IMG/VR virus record: IMGVR_UViG_3300046715_000149
Location: 2,493-66,492 of that record
DNA length: 64,000 nucleotides
Direction: 5' to 3' (one strand)
DNA from: a virus
Both the position numbers and the translations under genes were made by a program. The notes below the pieces were generated by a model, which saw only the letters and a list, made by a program, of their open reading frames with translations, was not told where the DNA came from and searched no databases. Below are positions 7,517 through 17,019 of this stretch, piece by piece (position 1 is the stretch's first letter; every line of letters begins with the position of its first letter).

Positions 7517-7981
7517 ATGGAAGACGAGGATGTCCGGGTCAGCGTGCTGGCCAACGAGCAGGACGTGCACCTGCTGCGCGAGATCGCGCGGTGGCGGCGC
7601 AACCACGACGTGACCTACTTCCAGTGGCGGCCGGGCGTGGGCTTCGGCGTCTTCACTGAGTGGTACCGGTACGTGAACGGCAATCGGCGCACGGTGAGCT
7701 ACGAGCCGGAGAGCGACATCGGCGGCGCCGCGCGACTGCTCGCGACCGTGGACTACTACGGCGGCCGGGAGCTACAGCGACTGCCGGTCCGCACGGTCAC
7801 CGAGGCGGTCGATGTGCTCGTGGCGCTCGGCTTCCTGCCGGCCCGGTTCTCGTCGGCGTACCGGAGCGGGTGGGACGCGGCGACAGTGTGGGAGAAGTGC
7901 GAGGGGGACGAGTCGACGTTCAAGCGGCTGTTCCACGACCCCGACAACATCTCGTTTCCGGCGGTGGAACCGGCATGGTGA
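7517..7981 (+). CDS. hypothetical protein
   Basis: MEDEDVRV..., coupled to the upstream gene. Confidence 0.65.
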   Translation: MEDEDVRVSVLANEQDVHLLREIARWRRNHDVTYFQWRPGVGFGVFTEWYRYVNGNRRTVSYEPESDIGGAARLLATVDYYGGRELQRLPVRTVTEAVDVLVALGFLPARFSSAYRSGWDAATVWEKCEGDESTFKRLFHDPDNISFPAVEPAW

Positions 7982-8085
7982 GCCTGCTCAGGTGCCGTCA
8001 AGAAGCTGCGGCGCTGGCCTATGACATCGAGGCCGCGCGCGTCTTCGGCGAGTATGCACGGCTGAACTTTCCGGAGGGGCGATGA
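7975..8085 (+). pseudogene. AP2-domain remnant (HNH-AP2 endonuclease fragment)
   Basis: EAAALAYDIEAARVFGEYARLNFP is the C-terminal helix and LNFP of AP2 domains; the beta-sheet part is missing. Confidence 0.7.
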
Positions 8086-9119
8086 AGATCGGAGACCTGG
8101 TCACGCCGACTGGCCGGCTGGTGCTTCCGCCGGAACGGCTCGGCGGAGACGAGTGGCTGGAGAAACGGCGGTGGCGCGACGAGGTGCCAGGCGGTTACTG
8201 CATCGGGTCGTCCGAGGTGCCGTCGATCCTCGACCTGGAGGGCGTGGACACTCCGGCGCACATCTACCGCCGGAAGGTCTCCAACATCGACACGCCGGTC
8301 AATGAGGCCATGTGGCTCGGGTCCGAGATGGAGGGCGCGATCGCCCTCGCCTGGGCTCGGCGGAACCGGGCGGTCATCGACGAGATCGGGCTGGTCAGCA
8401 ACGTCGATCGGCCGTGGAGGCAGGCGACTATCGACCGTCGCGTCCGTGAATGCCCGGTCTACCGAGACACGAAGAAAGAGTGCCTGCTGGAAATCAAGTT
8501 GGTCGGGTACTCGTCGGCGGCGAAGTGGAAGCGGGATATCCCGGACCGCGTGCTCGCTCAGATCATCGATCAGCTCATGGTGACTGGCTACGGCCACGCG
8601 CACTACGCCGCGCTGGTCAGTAGCACCCACCTTGCCCAGGGAATCATCTACGCCGACCGCGAGCAGAAGCTGATGGCCTACATCGACGCCGAGGTGGAGC
8701 GGTTCCGGACCGAGCACCTGCTGACCGGTCGCGAGCCGGAGTGGAACGTCTCGGAGAAGCCCGACAAGATGATCGCGCTCGACGAGGCGACGCACCCGGA
8801 ACGGGTCGGCACGCTGGACATCGAGGGCATCGGCGAGGTCATGGAGTACGCCCGGCTCGCACGGCGCAAGGCCGACGCCGAGACCGCGCGCAAGGCGGCC
8901 GCCGCGCGGCTGCGGCAGCTCGCCGATGGCCGGGAGTTCGTGACGTTCGCCGGTCAGCTCGCGTACCGCCTCGGGCCGACCCGCAATACGAACGTCGACC
9001 TCGACAAGCTCAAGGAGAAGTACCCGGACGCGTACGCCGATCCCGAGGTGGTCAGCGAGACGACGTCGCACACGATCTACATCGACAAGGCGTACAAGGT
9101 CGGAAAGGGAGACGAATGA
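8082..9119 (+). CDS. YqaJ/lambda-Exo family exonuclease
   Basis: WLEKRR...IGSSEVPSIL...G..ME...ATID...LLEIK...Q motifs. Confidence 0.9.
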   Translation: MKIGDLVTPTGRLVLPPERLGGDEWLEKRRWRDEVPGGYCIGSSEVPSILDLEGVDTPAHIYRRKVSNIDTPVNEAMWLGSEMEGAIALAWARRNRAVIDEIGLVSNVDRPWRQATIDRRVRECPVYRDTKKECLLEIKLVGYSSAAKWKRDIPDRVLAQIIDQLMVTGYGHAHYAALVSSTHLAQGIIYADREQKLMAYIDAEVERFRTEHLLTGREPEWNVSEKPDKMIALDEATHPERVGTLDIEGIGEVMEYARLARRKADAETARKAAAARLRQLADGREFVTFAGQLAYRLGPTRNTNVDLDKLKEKYPDAYADPEVVSETTSHTIYIDKAYKVGKGDE

Positions 9120-9301
9120 TGCGGAGGCGGGTTCGGCCCGAGGTGGCGGTAGGGCTGCTCGTGCTCTGCCTCGTGGCGTTCGTCGGCGCCGGGCGGGCGG
9201 CGGCGCACGGGCACATGGTGGCCAGCATCGTCATCGCGGCCGGGGCGTCGGTCAGCGGGCTGATCGTGATGCTGGCCCAGCCGAGCGGGAGGCGGCGCTG
9301 A
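9117..9301 (+). CDS. small two-TM membrane protein (start approximate)
   Basis: Hydrophobic MRRRVRPEVAVGLLVLCLVAF..., coupled to both neighbours. Confidence 0.5.
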
Positions 9302-10179
9302 TGTGGTGGAACGGGCGGGCACTGGGATTGGACTTTGAGAGCGATGGGCCGGTGCCGACCGAGGCGCGGGTCATCACGGGCGCGCTGGTGCACCTTCCTG
9401 GGCCCGGGGCTGTGCCGGCCTATCAGGAGATGGAGACCATGCTCCAGCCTGAGCGGGACATCCCGCAGGAGGCGATCGACATCCACGGGATCACGACCGA
9501 GCGGGCGCGGGACGAGGGCGTGCTGCGCGAGGTGGGGATCGCCTCGATCGCCACCACGATCGCCGAGCTCGCCGGGCCGGAGGTGCCGGTGGTCGGGCAC
9601 AACGTCGTGTACGACCTGACGCTGCTCGATCGGGAGCTGCGGCGGCTCGGGCTGGGCCGGCTGGAGATCGAGCGCGAGGTGTTCGCGCAGATCCAGCAGG
9701 TGCGGATGGTCCTGGGCGAGCGGCTCGTGGCCACCTTCCCGGTGATCGACACGCTGGTGCTGGACAAGGCCGTCGACCCCTACCGCAAGGGGTCGCGGCG
9801 GCTGGTGGACGCGGCGACGTTCTACAACGTGCCGATGGCCGAGGGTGCGGCGCACGGGGCCACGGCCGACGTGATCGCCAGCCTGCGGATCGCCATCACG
9901 ATGGCCAGGCGGTGCGAGGAGCCATCGGCCACGCTCTTCGAGCGCTACCGCGACCGCAAGAAGCCGCAGGAGGTCGTTGCCGCCTTCTATGCCCTCGGCG
10001 CGCGGTCGCTGGCCGACCTGCACTGCGCTCAGGTGAAGTGGAAGGCGGAGCAGGCCGAGAGGCTGCGGGAGTACTTCCGGCAGAAGGGCACGGCCGACCC
10101 GGACAAGGTGTCGACGGACTGGCCGGTCCAGGCGATCGGCGAGGACGAGGCGGTCGAGACCGTCAGTACGGTGCAGTGA
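9301..10179 (+). CDS. DEDDh 3'-5' exonuclease (DnaQ-like)
   Basis: LDFESDG, IHGIT, GHNVVYDL, IDTLVLD, AHGATAD motifs. Confidence 0.9.
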   Translation: MWWNGRALGLDFESDGPVPTEARVITGALVHLPGPGAVPAYQEMETMLQPERDIPQEAIDIHGITTERARDEGVLREVGIASIATTIAELAGPEVPVVGHNVVYDLTLLDRELRRLGLGRLEIEREVFAQIQQVRMVLGERLVATFPVIDTLVLDKAVDPYRKGSRRLVDAATFYNVPMAEGAAHGATADVIASLRIAITMARRCEEPSATLFERYRDRKKPQEVVAAFYALGARSLADLHCAQVKWKAEQAERLREYFRQKGTADPDKVSTDWPVQAIGEDEAVETVSTVQ

Positions 10180-10198
10180 GAGACGAGAGGGGACGAGG

Positions 10199-10987
10199 AT
10201 GAGTGACCTGAGGAGCAAGGCCGAGGCGGCCAAGTCGGCGCCGACAGTGACCGACGAGGGGATCGCCAGGGTGCGGGCCGGTCTGGCCGGAAAGTCCCCG
10301 GCCGAGCCGGAGCCGGACGTGACCTACAGCGGCGTCGCGGCCGACCTGGACGTGCCGGTGCACATCGCGTGGCTGCGGGTGATGCAGGATGTGCAGTGGC
10401 TCGGTAAGGAACGGCGCGGGGACAAGTACATGTACCGGGGGATCGACGACGTGATGAACCTCGTCGGGCCGGCCGAGCGCAAGCACGGCGTGTTCGTCAT
10501 GCCGACCGGGATCGAGCCGTCGTTCACGACGATCAACACCAAGAGCGGCGCGGCCATGAACTACTGCCGGGCGGTCGTGCACTTCACGATCTACGGGCCC
10601 AAGGGTGACACCATGACCGCGTCGGTACTCGGCGAGGGATTCGACACCGGCGACAAGTCCGGCAGCAAGGCACAGTCGGTGGCACTGCGGACGCTGTACC
10701 TGAACGGGCTCGCGATCCAGACCAACGAGCCGGCCCGCGACACCGAGTACGGCGACCAGCACGAGATCGCCGGGCCGAAGGCGCCGACGCCGGACGAGTA
10801 CGCGGCGATGATCCTGGACGAGCGAGTGACGCTGCAGCGGCTCCAGCAGATCAAGGCCGAACTGACCGCCGACCGGACGACGGGGGCGTCCGTCGTCGAG
10901 GTCTTCGGGGGGGAGCCGACCCGGCTGATCGACCTCGTGCAGCGGGCAGGCAAGGCCAAGATGAAGCAGCAGGAGGCGCAGGGATGA
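10199..10987 (+). CDS. ERF-family ssDNA annealing protein
   Basis: YMYRGIDDVMN...KHGV, GEGFDTGDKSGSKAQSVALR motifs; near the YqaJ gene. Confidence 0.85.
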   Translation: MSDLRSKAEAAKSAPTVTDEGIARVRAGLAGKSPAEPEPDVTYSGVAADLDVPVHIAWLRVMQDVQWLGKERRGDKYMYRGIDDVMNLVGPAERKHGVFVMPTGIEPSFTTINTKSGAAMNYCRAVVHFTIYGPKGDTMTASVLGEGFDTGDKSGSKAQSVALRTLYLNGLAIQTNEPARDTEYGDQHEIAGPKAPTPDEYAAMILDERVTLQRLQQIKAELTADRTTGASVVEVFGGEPTRLIDLVQRAGKAKMKQQEAQG

Positions 10988-11367
10988 CCCGCGAGGAGTA
11001 CGAGCAGAACCGGCAATGCCTCGAGGCAATGATCGAGCAGAGGCGGGAACATGTCGGCGAGGGCTGCGGCGGGCTGACGTGCATGGGGGAGCCGGCCAAC
11101 ATGTCGCTGCGCGCCGGGATCAATGTCGACCCCGGGTGGCCGGTCAGGCTGGTGCTCACCGCGGTCACGATGATGGCCGGCCACCAGGACCGGATCGAGA
11201 ATCTCGAGCGGCGGATGGAGGTTCAGCGGCAGATGACAGCCGACGCCGCGGCGAGCGCGATGCGACTGGACGCCGATCTCGTGGACGCACACGGGCAGAT
11301 CGCCGGGCTCGAGGAGAGAGTCGCGGCGCTGCTGGCCGAGTTGACCGTGATGGAAGAGCCCGAGTGA
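10984..11367 (+). CDS. hypothetical coiled-coil protein
   Basis: ATGA overlap with the ERF gene. Confidence 0.6.
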   Translation: MTREEYEQNRQCLEAMIEQRREHVGEGCGGLTCMGEPANMSLRAGINVDPGWPVRLVLTAVTMMAGHQDRIENLERRMEVQRQMTADAAASAMRLDADLVDAHGQIAGLEERVAALLAELTVMEEPE

Positions 11368-11380
11368 TCTAGCAGGTGGC

Positions 11381-11425
11381 TTGCTTTATTGGACTGTACT
11401 CCCGATAATGGGAGTACAGTCCAAT
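11381..11425 (+). promoter_or_regulatory. promoter TTGCTT-N17-GATAAT straddled by a perfect 16-bp inverted repeat operator
   Basis: ATTGGACTGTACTCCC-GATAAT-GGGAGTACAGTCCAAT at 11388-11425. Confidence 0.85.
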
Positions 11426-11442
11426 CTTATGAAGGGGAGACG

Positions 11443-11682
11443 ATGAAGAAGAATTTTCGGTGCACCGACGATGCCGCGTGGGGGGCGGGACTCGCCAAGG
11501 CGGAGGCGATGCGGCGCGCGGGCTACGACATCGACATGACCAGCGTGCTCAACACGGCCGTGCGGCAGTTCGCCGACGAGACGCCCGAGGCGAGCGCGGC
11601 GCGGTTCGGACTGGTCAAGGGCGAGAAGCCGGTGGCCATCTACCGCAAGCCGCTGGCCCGGACCGAGCCGGTCGGCCGGTGA
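11443..11682 (+). CDS. ribbon-helix-helix DNA-binding protein
   Basis: MKKNFRCTDDAAW...AKAE...DMTSVLNTAVRQF fits the RHH strand-helix-helix pattern; SD AAGGGGAG. Confidence 0.65.
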   Translation: MKKNFRCTDDAAWGAGLAKAEAMRRAGYDIDMTSVLNTAVRQFADETPEASAARFGLVKGEKPVAIYRKPLARTEPVGR

Positions 11683-14144
11683 TGGCGTCGTACGCCGACT
11701 TCCTGGCCGGCAAGAGCCAGTACGGCAGCGACGACGGGTTCGCCTACTCGTGGCGGCCCGACTTCCTGTTCGGCTTCCAGGACTCCCTCACCGAGTGGGC
11801 CTGCCAGATCGGGCGCGGGGCCCTGTTCGCGGACTGCGGGCTCGGCAAGGCTCAGCCGGTTGATGAGCCCGTGCTGACCCCCTCGGGATGGCGGGCGATC
11901 GGATCGCTCGCTGTCGGAGATCAAGTCATCACTGCCGATGGCGAGGCGACCCGGATCATCGGGATGTTCCCGCAGGGTCAGCGGGACACCGTTCGAGTCC
12001 GGATGAACGACGGGTCTTCGACCGTGTGCGACCGTGACCATTTGTGGACGGTGGCAACCGATCTGGACATTTCCCGTGGCCGACCCTGGCGGACGCTTAC
12101 CGCTCAGCAGTTGATCGCGGCCGGACTGGAATTGCCGCCCCGGAACGGGCCCAGATGGAGGGTGCCCGTCGTCGAGGGTGTCCGCCATCCCACCGCAGAC
12201 CTTCCCATCGACCCGTACGTCATGGGTGTGCTTCTCGGAGATGGATCGTTCCGGCCGCCGGGCGGCCCGGAGTTCACTGCGGTGGACGCCCAGATCGCCG
12301 CCGAGGTCAAGACTCGACTCCCTGAGTCGATGCGCCTGTCGATGGACCCCCGTGCTGACCGATCCCAGCAGTACCGCCTTGCGATCGTGGGCGGGGCTGG
12401 AAGTGGCGGACGGTCCAATCCGTTCCTGCAGGCAATCAAGAAATGGGGACTGCACGGAGTCCATTCGAGCGGAAAGTTCATCCCACAGGAGTATCTGTAT
12501 GGCGACCGCCATCAGCGACTCGCCCTGCTTCGCGGACTCATGGATACCGACGGATATGTCGCCGCAAGCGGGATGATCCAGTTCGGGTCCTCGTCGCTGC
12601 GCCTAGCCGATGGCGTGACCGAGATCGTGCGAAGCCTGGGCGGAGTCGTCCGGGCCAGCTCGAAGATCCCCACGTACCACCATCTGGGCGAGCGGCGGAC
12701 CGGGCAGCGGCACCACGTCCTGACGATCGCCCTACCGAACGGCACCATGCCGTTCCTGCTTGATCGCAAGGTCGCTCGATGCCGTGACCGGTACTACGCC
12801 CCTCAGCGGAAGATCGCGAGTATCGAGCCGGAGGGACGCAGCGAGTGCGTCTGCATTCGGGTCGAGCATCCGTCACAGCTCTATGTCACACGCGACCACA
12901 TCGTCACGCACAACACTCCGATGCAGCTCGTGTGGGCCGAGAACGCACGGCGCGCCACCGGCAAGCCCGTGCTCGTGCTGACCCCGCTGGCGGTCGCGTT
13001 CCAGACCGAGACCGAGGCCGCCAAGTTCGGGATCGAGGCCGGCATCTCCCGCGACGGGACGCTGCCTGCGCCGATCACGATCACCAACTACGAGCAGCTC
13101 GAGAAGTTCGACCCGGACAAGTTCGGCGCGGTGGTCTGCGACGAGTCGTCCGCGATCAAGGCATTCGACGGCAAGCGCAAGGCGATCGTGACCGAGTTCC
13201 TGCGGACCGTGCCCTACCGCCTGCTGGCCACCGCCACGGCGGCGCCGAACGACTACGTCGAACTCGGCACCTCCAGCGAAGCGCTCGGCTACCTCGGGCA
13301 CATGGACATGCTCGGCCGCTTCTTCATCAACGCCCAGCGGACCACCACGGCATTCAAGGGCCGGTACATGAACCGTGGCGAGCGGCGGGACGGGTTCATG
13401 GATCAGCACGGGTGGCGATTCAAGGGTCACGCCGAGGATGCGTTCTGGCGCTGGGTCGTGTCCTGGGCCCGGGCCGTCCGCAAGCCGTCCGACCTCGGCT
13501 ACTCCGACGACGGATACGTGCTACCGGAGCTGCGCGAGATCAAGCACCTGATCGACGCGTCCACTCCTGCCGACGGCCGGCTGTTCGACATCCCGGCGCA
13601 GGGGCTGCACGAGGAGCGCGAGGAGGCGCGGCGGACCATCCCCGAGCGGTGCGAGAAGGCGGCCGAACTGCTGGTCGACGCCAAGCCTGGTGTGGCATGG
13701 TGCCACCTCAATGACGAGGCCGACCTGCTGGTCAAGCTGATCGACGGCGCCGTCCAGGTGTCCGGGTCCGACTCGCCGCAGGAGAAGGAGGAGAAGCTGC
13801 ACGCGTTCTCCGACGGGCAGATCCGGGTGCTGGTCACCAAGCCGAAGCTCGGCGCGTGGGGCCTGAACTGGCAGCACTGCCACCGCATGACCTACTTCCC
13901 CAGCCACTCCTACGAGCAGTGGTATCAGGCCGTCCGGCGCTCATGGCGCTTCGGTCAGACCGAGCCGGTGACCGTGGACATCGTGACCACGCCCGGCGGT
14001 GGCCGGATCTTCGACAACCTGCACCGCAAGGCGACGGCGGCCGACCAGATGTTCGGCGCGCTGACCAGGCACATGCGTAACGCGCTGGCCGTCAAGCCGA
14101 TCTCCACCTACCCGCACCCCGTCGAGATCCCGCCGTGGATCTGA
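11682..14144 (+). CDS. SF2 (SNF2-like) helicase, intein-containing
   Basis: Walker A CGLGK|T split by the intein, VVCDESS, TATAAPND, GLNWQHC, QAVRRSWRFGQ. Confidence 0.9.
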   Translation: MASYADFLAGKSQYGSDDGFAYSWRPDFLFGFQDSLTEWACQIGRGALFADCGLGKAQPVDEPVLTPSGWRAIGSLAVGDQVITADGEATRIIGMFPQGQRDTVRVRMNDGSSTVCDRDHLWTVATDLDISRGRPWRTLTAQQLIAAGLELPPRNGPRWRVPVVEGVRHPTADLPIDPYVMGVLLGDGSFRPPGGPEFTAVDAQIAAEVKTRLPESMRLSMDPRADRSQQYRLAIVGGAGSGGRSNPFLQAIKKWGLHGVHSSGKFIPQEYLYGDRHQRLALLRGLMDTDGYVAASGMIQFGSSSLRLADGVTEIVRSLGGVVRASSKIPTYHHLGERRTGQRHHVLTIALPNGTMPFLLDRKVARCRDRYYAPQRKIASIEPEGRSECVCIRVEHPSQLYVTRDHIVTHNTPMQLVWAENARRATGKPVLVLTPLAVAFQTETEAAKFGIEAGISRDGTLPAPITITNYEQLEKFDPDKFGAVVCDESSAIKAFDGKRKAIVTEFLRTVPYRLLATATAAPNDYVELGTSSEALGYLGHMDMLGRFFINAQRTTTAFKGRYMNRGERRDGFMDQHGWRFKGHAEDAFWRWVVSWARAVRKPSDLGYSDDGYVLPELREIKHLIDASTPADGRLFDIPAQGLHEEREEARRTIPERCEKAAELLVDAKPGVAWCHLNDEADLLVKLIDGAVQVSGSDSPQEKEEKLHAFSDGQIRVLVTKPKLGAWGLNWQHCHRMTYFPSHSYEQWYQAVRRSWRFGQTEPVTVDIVTTPGGGRIFDNLHRKATAADQMFGALTRHMRNALAVKPISTYPHPVEIPPWI
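11850..12914 (+). mobile_element. class-3 intein with LAGLIDADG homing endonuclease (355 aa)
   Basis: Starts AQPVDEPVLTPSGW, block B DHLW, MGVLLGDGS and LRGLMDTDG, block F VCIRV, ends VTHN|T. Confidence 0.92.
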
Positions 14145-14167
14145 GCAAGCCGAGAGGAACCGAGACC

Positions 14168-15169
14168 GTGGGCAACGTCCTTGACCAGCAGATCACCGAC
14201 CGATGGGCCGTCTACAACGGCGACTGCATGGAGGTGATGGCGTCCTACCCGGCCGACTCGCTGCACCTGTCGATCTACTCCCCGCCGTTCGCCGGGCTCT
14301 ATCACTACTCGTCCAGCGAGCGGGACCTGAGCAACAACGTCGACTACGACTCGTTCTTCGCGCACTACGAGCACGTGACCCGGGAGCTGGCGCGGATCAC
14401 CATGCCGGGCCGGCGCACGCTGGTGCACTGCATGGACGTGCCGCGGTCGAACAGCGGGCGCAACGACTCGCTGATGGACTTCCCCGGCGACATCATCCGG
14501 ATGCACGAACGGCTCGGCTTCGTCTACACCGGGCGCTACCACGTGTGGAAGGAGCCGCTCGCGGTTCGCAACCGGACCATGACCAAGGGCCTCGCGCACA
14601 GGACGATCGTGGAGGACGCGTCCCAGTGCTCGGTCGCGTCGGCCGACTACCTGCTCGCCTTCCGCAAGCGCGGCGACAACCCGGTGCCGATCGCCAACCC
14701 GGTCGGGCTGATGGAGTACGCCGGATGGCGCACCCCGCCGGCCGAGGTGCTCAGCTACCGCGGGTGGACCGGCAAGCAGACCGAGAACCGCTACTCGCAC
14801 TGGGTGTGGAGGCAGTACGCCTCGGCGTTCTGGGACGACATCCGCGGCAACGGCGGTGACCGGGCGCTGGACGAGGGCGCGGTGCTGCCGTTCCGGGCCA
14901 GCCGGGACGACGACGACGAGAAGCACGTGCACCCGCTCCAGCTCGACGTGATCCACCGTGGCGTGCAGTTGTGGAGCAACCCGGGCGAGACGGTGTTCAC
15001 GCCGTTCATGGGCGTCGGCAGCGAGGTCTACGAGGCGGTGCGGTGCGGACGGCGTGGCGTCGGTGCCGAGCTCAAGACCAGCTACTACAAGCAGGCCGTC
15101 CGCAACCTGGCCACCGTCGACAGGACCGAGCAGGTCGCCGAGACGCTGTTCGACGCGGCGGAGGCGTGA
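14168..15169 (+). CDS. N4-C/N6-A DNA methyltransferase (beta class)
   Basis: GDC...SIYSPPF catalytic motif precedes VFTPFMGVGSE SAM motif; HVHPLQLD. Confidence 0.9.
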   Translation: MGNVLDQQITDRWAVYNGDCMEVMASYPADSLHLSIYSPPFAGLYHYSSSERDLSNNVDYDSFFAHYEHVTRELARITMPGRRTLVHCMDVPRSNSGRNDSLMDFPGDIIRMHERLGFVYTGRYHVWKEPLAVRNRTMTKGLAHRTIVEDASQCSVASADYLLAFRKRGDNPVPIANPVGLMEYAGWRTPPAEVLSYRGWTGKQTENRYSHWVWRQYASAFWDDIRGNGGDRALDEGAVLPFRASRDDDDEKHVHPLQLDVIHRGVQLWSNPGETVFTPFMGVGSEVYEAVRCGRRGVGAELKTSYYKQAVRNLATVDRTEQVAETLFDAAEA

Positions 15170-15630
15170 TGCGCTACTACTTCGCGGGCGCGTACGCGCG
15201 GCGGGCCGAGCTGGGGCGTTACGCGTTCGCGATCCAGATGGAGGCGAACGGCGCCAAGGTCGTGTCGCGATGGCTGACCGACCCGCAGGAGGGGCTGGAC
15301 GCCGGATTTTCGGCGGGCGGGCTCGAGACGCCCGAGGCGGTCAGCAAGGCGTGGGAGTACGGGCAGCGCGACATCGAGGACCTGTCCGGTGCCGACGCGA
15401 TTGTGTCGTTCACCGGTGAAGGCCTGCGCGGCGGGCGGCACATTGAGCACGGCATGGCGATCAGCTATTACGACAACCACCCGTGGGATCTGTCCCAGCG
15501 CACGGAGCCGATCCGGCTGATCGTGGTCGGCCCGCGCGAGCACGTCTTCCACTGTCACCCGGCGACCGAGGTCTACCCGGACTGGGCGGCGTTCCTGGCA
15601 CACGAGATCGAGCAGTACCGGGAGGGTTGA
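15169..15630 (+). CDS. nucleoside 2-deoxyribosyltransferase-like protein
   Basis: YYFAG, DIEDLSGADAIV, GGRHIEHGMA motifs. Confidence 0.75.
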   Translation: MRYYFAGAYARRAELGRYAFAIQMEANGAKVVSRWLTDPQEGLDAGFSAGGLETPEAVSKAWEYGQRDIEDLSGADAIVSFTGEGLRGGRHIEHGMAISYYDNHPWDLSQRTEPIRLIVVGPREHVFHCHPATEVYPDWAAFLAHEIEQYREG

Positions 15631-15631
15631 C

Positions 15632-15853
15632 GTGGCCGAACAGATGGGACCCGACGACCTTGCCGACCACCTGGCTCAGTGCCGACAGGTGGACGCCGCC
15701 TTGGTTGGCGGCACGGGTGTGGACATGACCGAGACCGTTCAGATGTTGATTGCCGCCGGATGGACGTACAAGGGGACCGAATACGTAGCCGGGAAGCGGG
15801 TGCGATACCTCGCACCGCCGCCCCCGGAGGAGAACCGAGAGGAGAACCGATGA
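15632..15853 (+). CDS. hypothetical protein
   Basis: Fills the gap with coupled start and stop. Confidence 0.5.
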   Translation: MAEQMGPDDLADHLAQCRQVDAALVGGTGVDMTETVQMLIAAGWTYKGTEYVAGKRVRYLAPPPPEENREENR

Positions 15854-17016
15854 TCGAGGGAGAGGTCACCGCCAAGCCGCAGGTGTTCGCGGCGGCGGTC
15901 AAGTGGGCGGCGAAGTTCGCCGCGGGCAAACCGGCCGTGCCGATCCAGGGCGGGCTGCTGCTCACGGCCGACGGGTCGGGCAACCTGGCCATCGACAGCT
16001 TCGGCGAGGGCATCACCGCCCGGGCCGTCGTGCCGGTCGACGGCGAGGGCAAGGGGTCGACGATCGTGTCGGCGCGGCTGCTGGACCAGTTGGTCGCCAC
16101 GTTCGCCGACAAGCCGGTCACGCTGAGCGGGGACGACGAGACCGGCTTGGTCATCGTGGCCGGCCGGTGGACCGGCACGGTACCGGTGATGGGCGACGTC
16201 GGCGACTGGTCCGGCGTGCAGGACGGGATGCTGGTGCCGCCGCAGCAGATCGGCACCGTCAGTGGGCAGGCGTTCCACGACCTGATCGCCCGAGCGGCGG
16301 CGGCGACCGAGCACGACGCGGGCAAGCCGATCGCGTTGCAGTGCATCCACCTGACCTTCGGCGGGCGGACGGTCGTCGCGATGGCCAGCGACTCGCTGCG
16401 GGCCACCCGCGACGCGGCGCCGTTCGTCCGGACCGAGGAGTCCGAGATCCAGAACGCGCTCGTCACCGGACAGTGGATGGCCGACGTGGCGGCCGCGTTC
16501 ATCGGGCCGGACGACATCGCGGTCGGGCTCGGTCCCAACGTGCTCGCGCTGAGCTCGGCCACCCGATCGGTGGTCGTCCGGCAGATCGCCGAGCCGTGGC
16601 AGATGCGCGAGGTCATCGCGACGCTGCTCATCGACGAGCTCCCGCACGAGGTGCTGGTCAAGGTGTCCGACCTCATGCAGCCGATGAAGCGGGCCGTGCT
16701 CATGCGGGAGAAGGACGGGCCGATCGCCGCGGTGATGAGCACCGACCTGATCACTGTGCACGCCAAGGCCGACCAGATCCAGCAGAAGGGCTCGGAGGAG
16801 GTCGACGCCCAGTACCAAGGACCCGATCACACGCTGGCGTTCAACCCGAAGTACCTGGCCGACGCGCTCGGCTCGGCGCCGGGCGAGATCGTGCGGATCC
16901 GGTTCAACGACCAGGAGAAGCGGCCGGGCCGGCCCTGGCACGTCGTGCTGACCTCGGCCGACGACGAGGGCTCGCAGTGGCAGCACCTGCTCATGCCGCT
17001 GAAGCTGCGGGGCTGA
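15850..17016 (+). CDS. dnaN: DNA polymerase III beta sliding clamp homolog
   Basis: ~388 aa; KPAVPIQGGLLL, MASDSLR, LAFNPKYLADALGS, LLMPLKL. Confidence 0.85.
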   Translation: MIEGEVTAKPQVFAAAVKWAAKFAAGKPAVPIQGGLLLTADGSGNLAIDSFGEGITARAVVPVDGEGKGSTIVSARLLDQLVATFADKPVTLSGDDETGLVIVAGRWTGTVPVMGDVGDWSGVQDGMLVPPQQIGTVSGQAFHDLIARAAAATEHDAGKPIALQCIHLTFGGRTVVAMASDSLRATRDAAPFVRTEESEIQNALVTGQWMADVAAAFIGPDDIAVGLGPNVLALSSATRSVVVRQIAEPWQMREVIATLLIDELPHEVLVKVSDLMQPMKRAVLMREKDGPIAAVMSTDLITVHAKADQIQQKGSEEVDAQYQGPDHTLAFNPKYLADALGSAPGEIVRIRFNDQEKRPGRPWHVVLTSADDEGSQWQHLLMPLKLRG

Positions 17017-17019
17017 GCC

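Noticed and set aside
11460-11681. ORF-track 5' extension of the helicase
   Set aside because: Overlaps the RHH gene; ATG at 11682 coupled to its stop is the better start.
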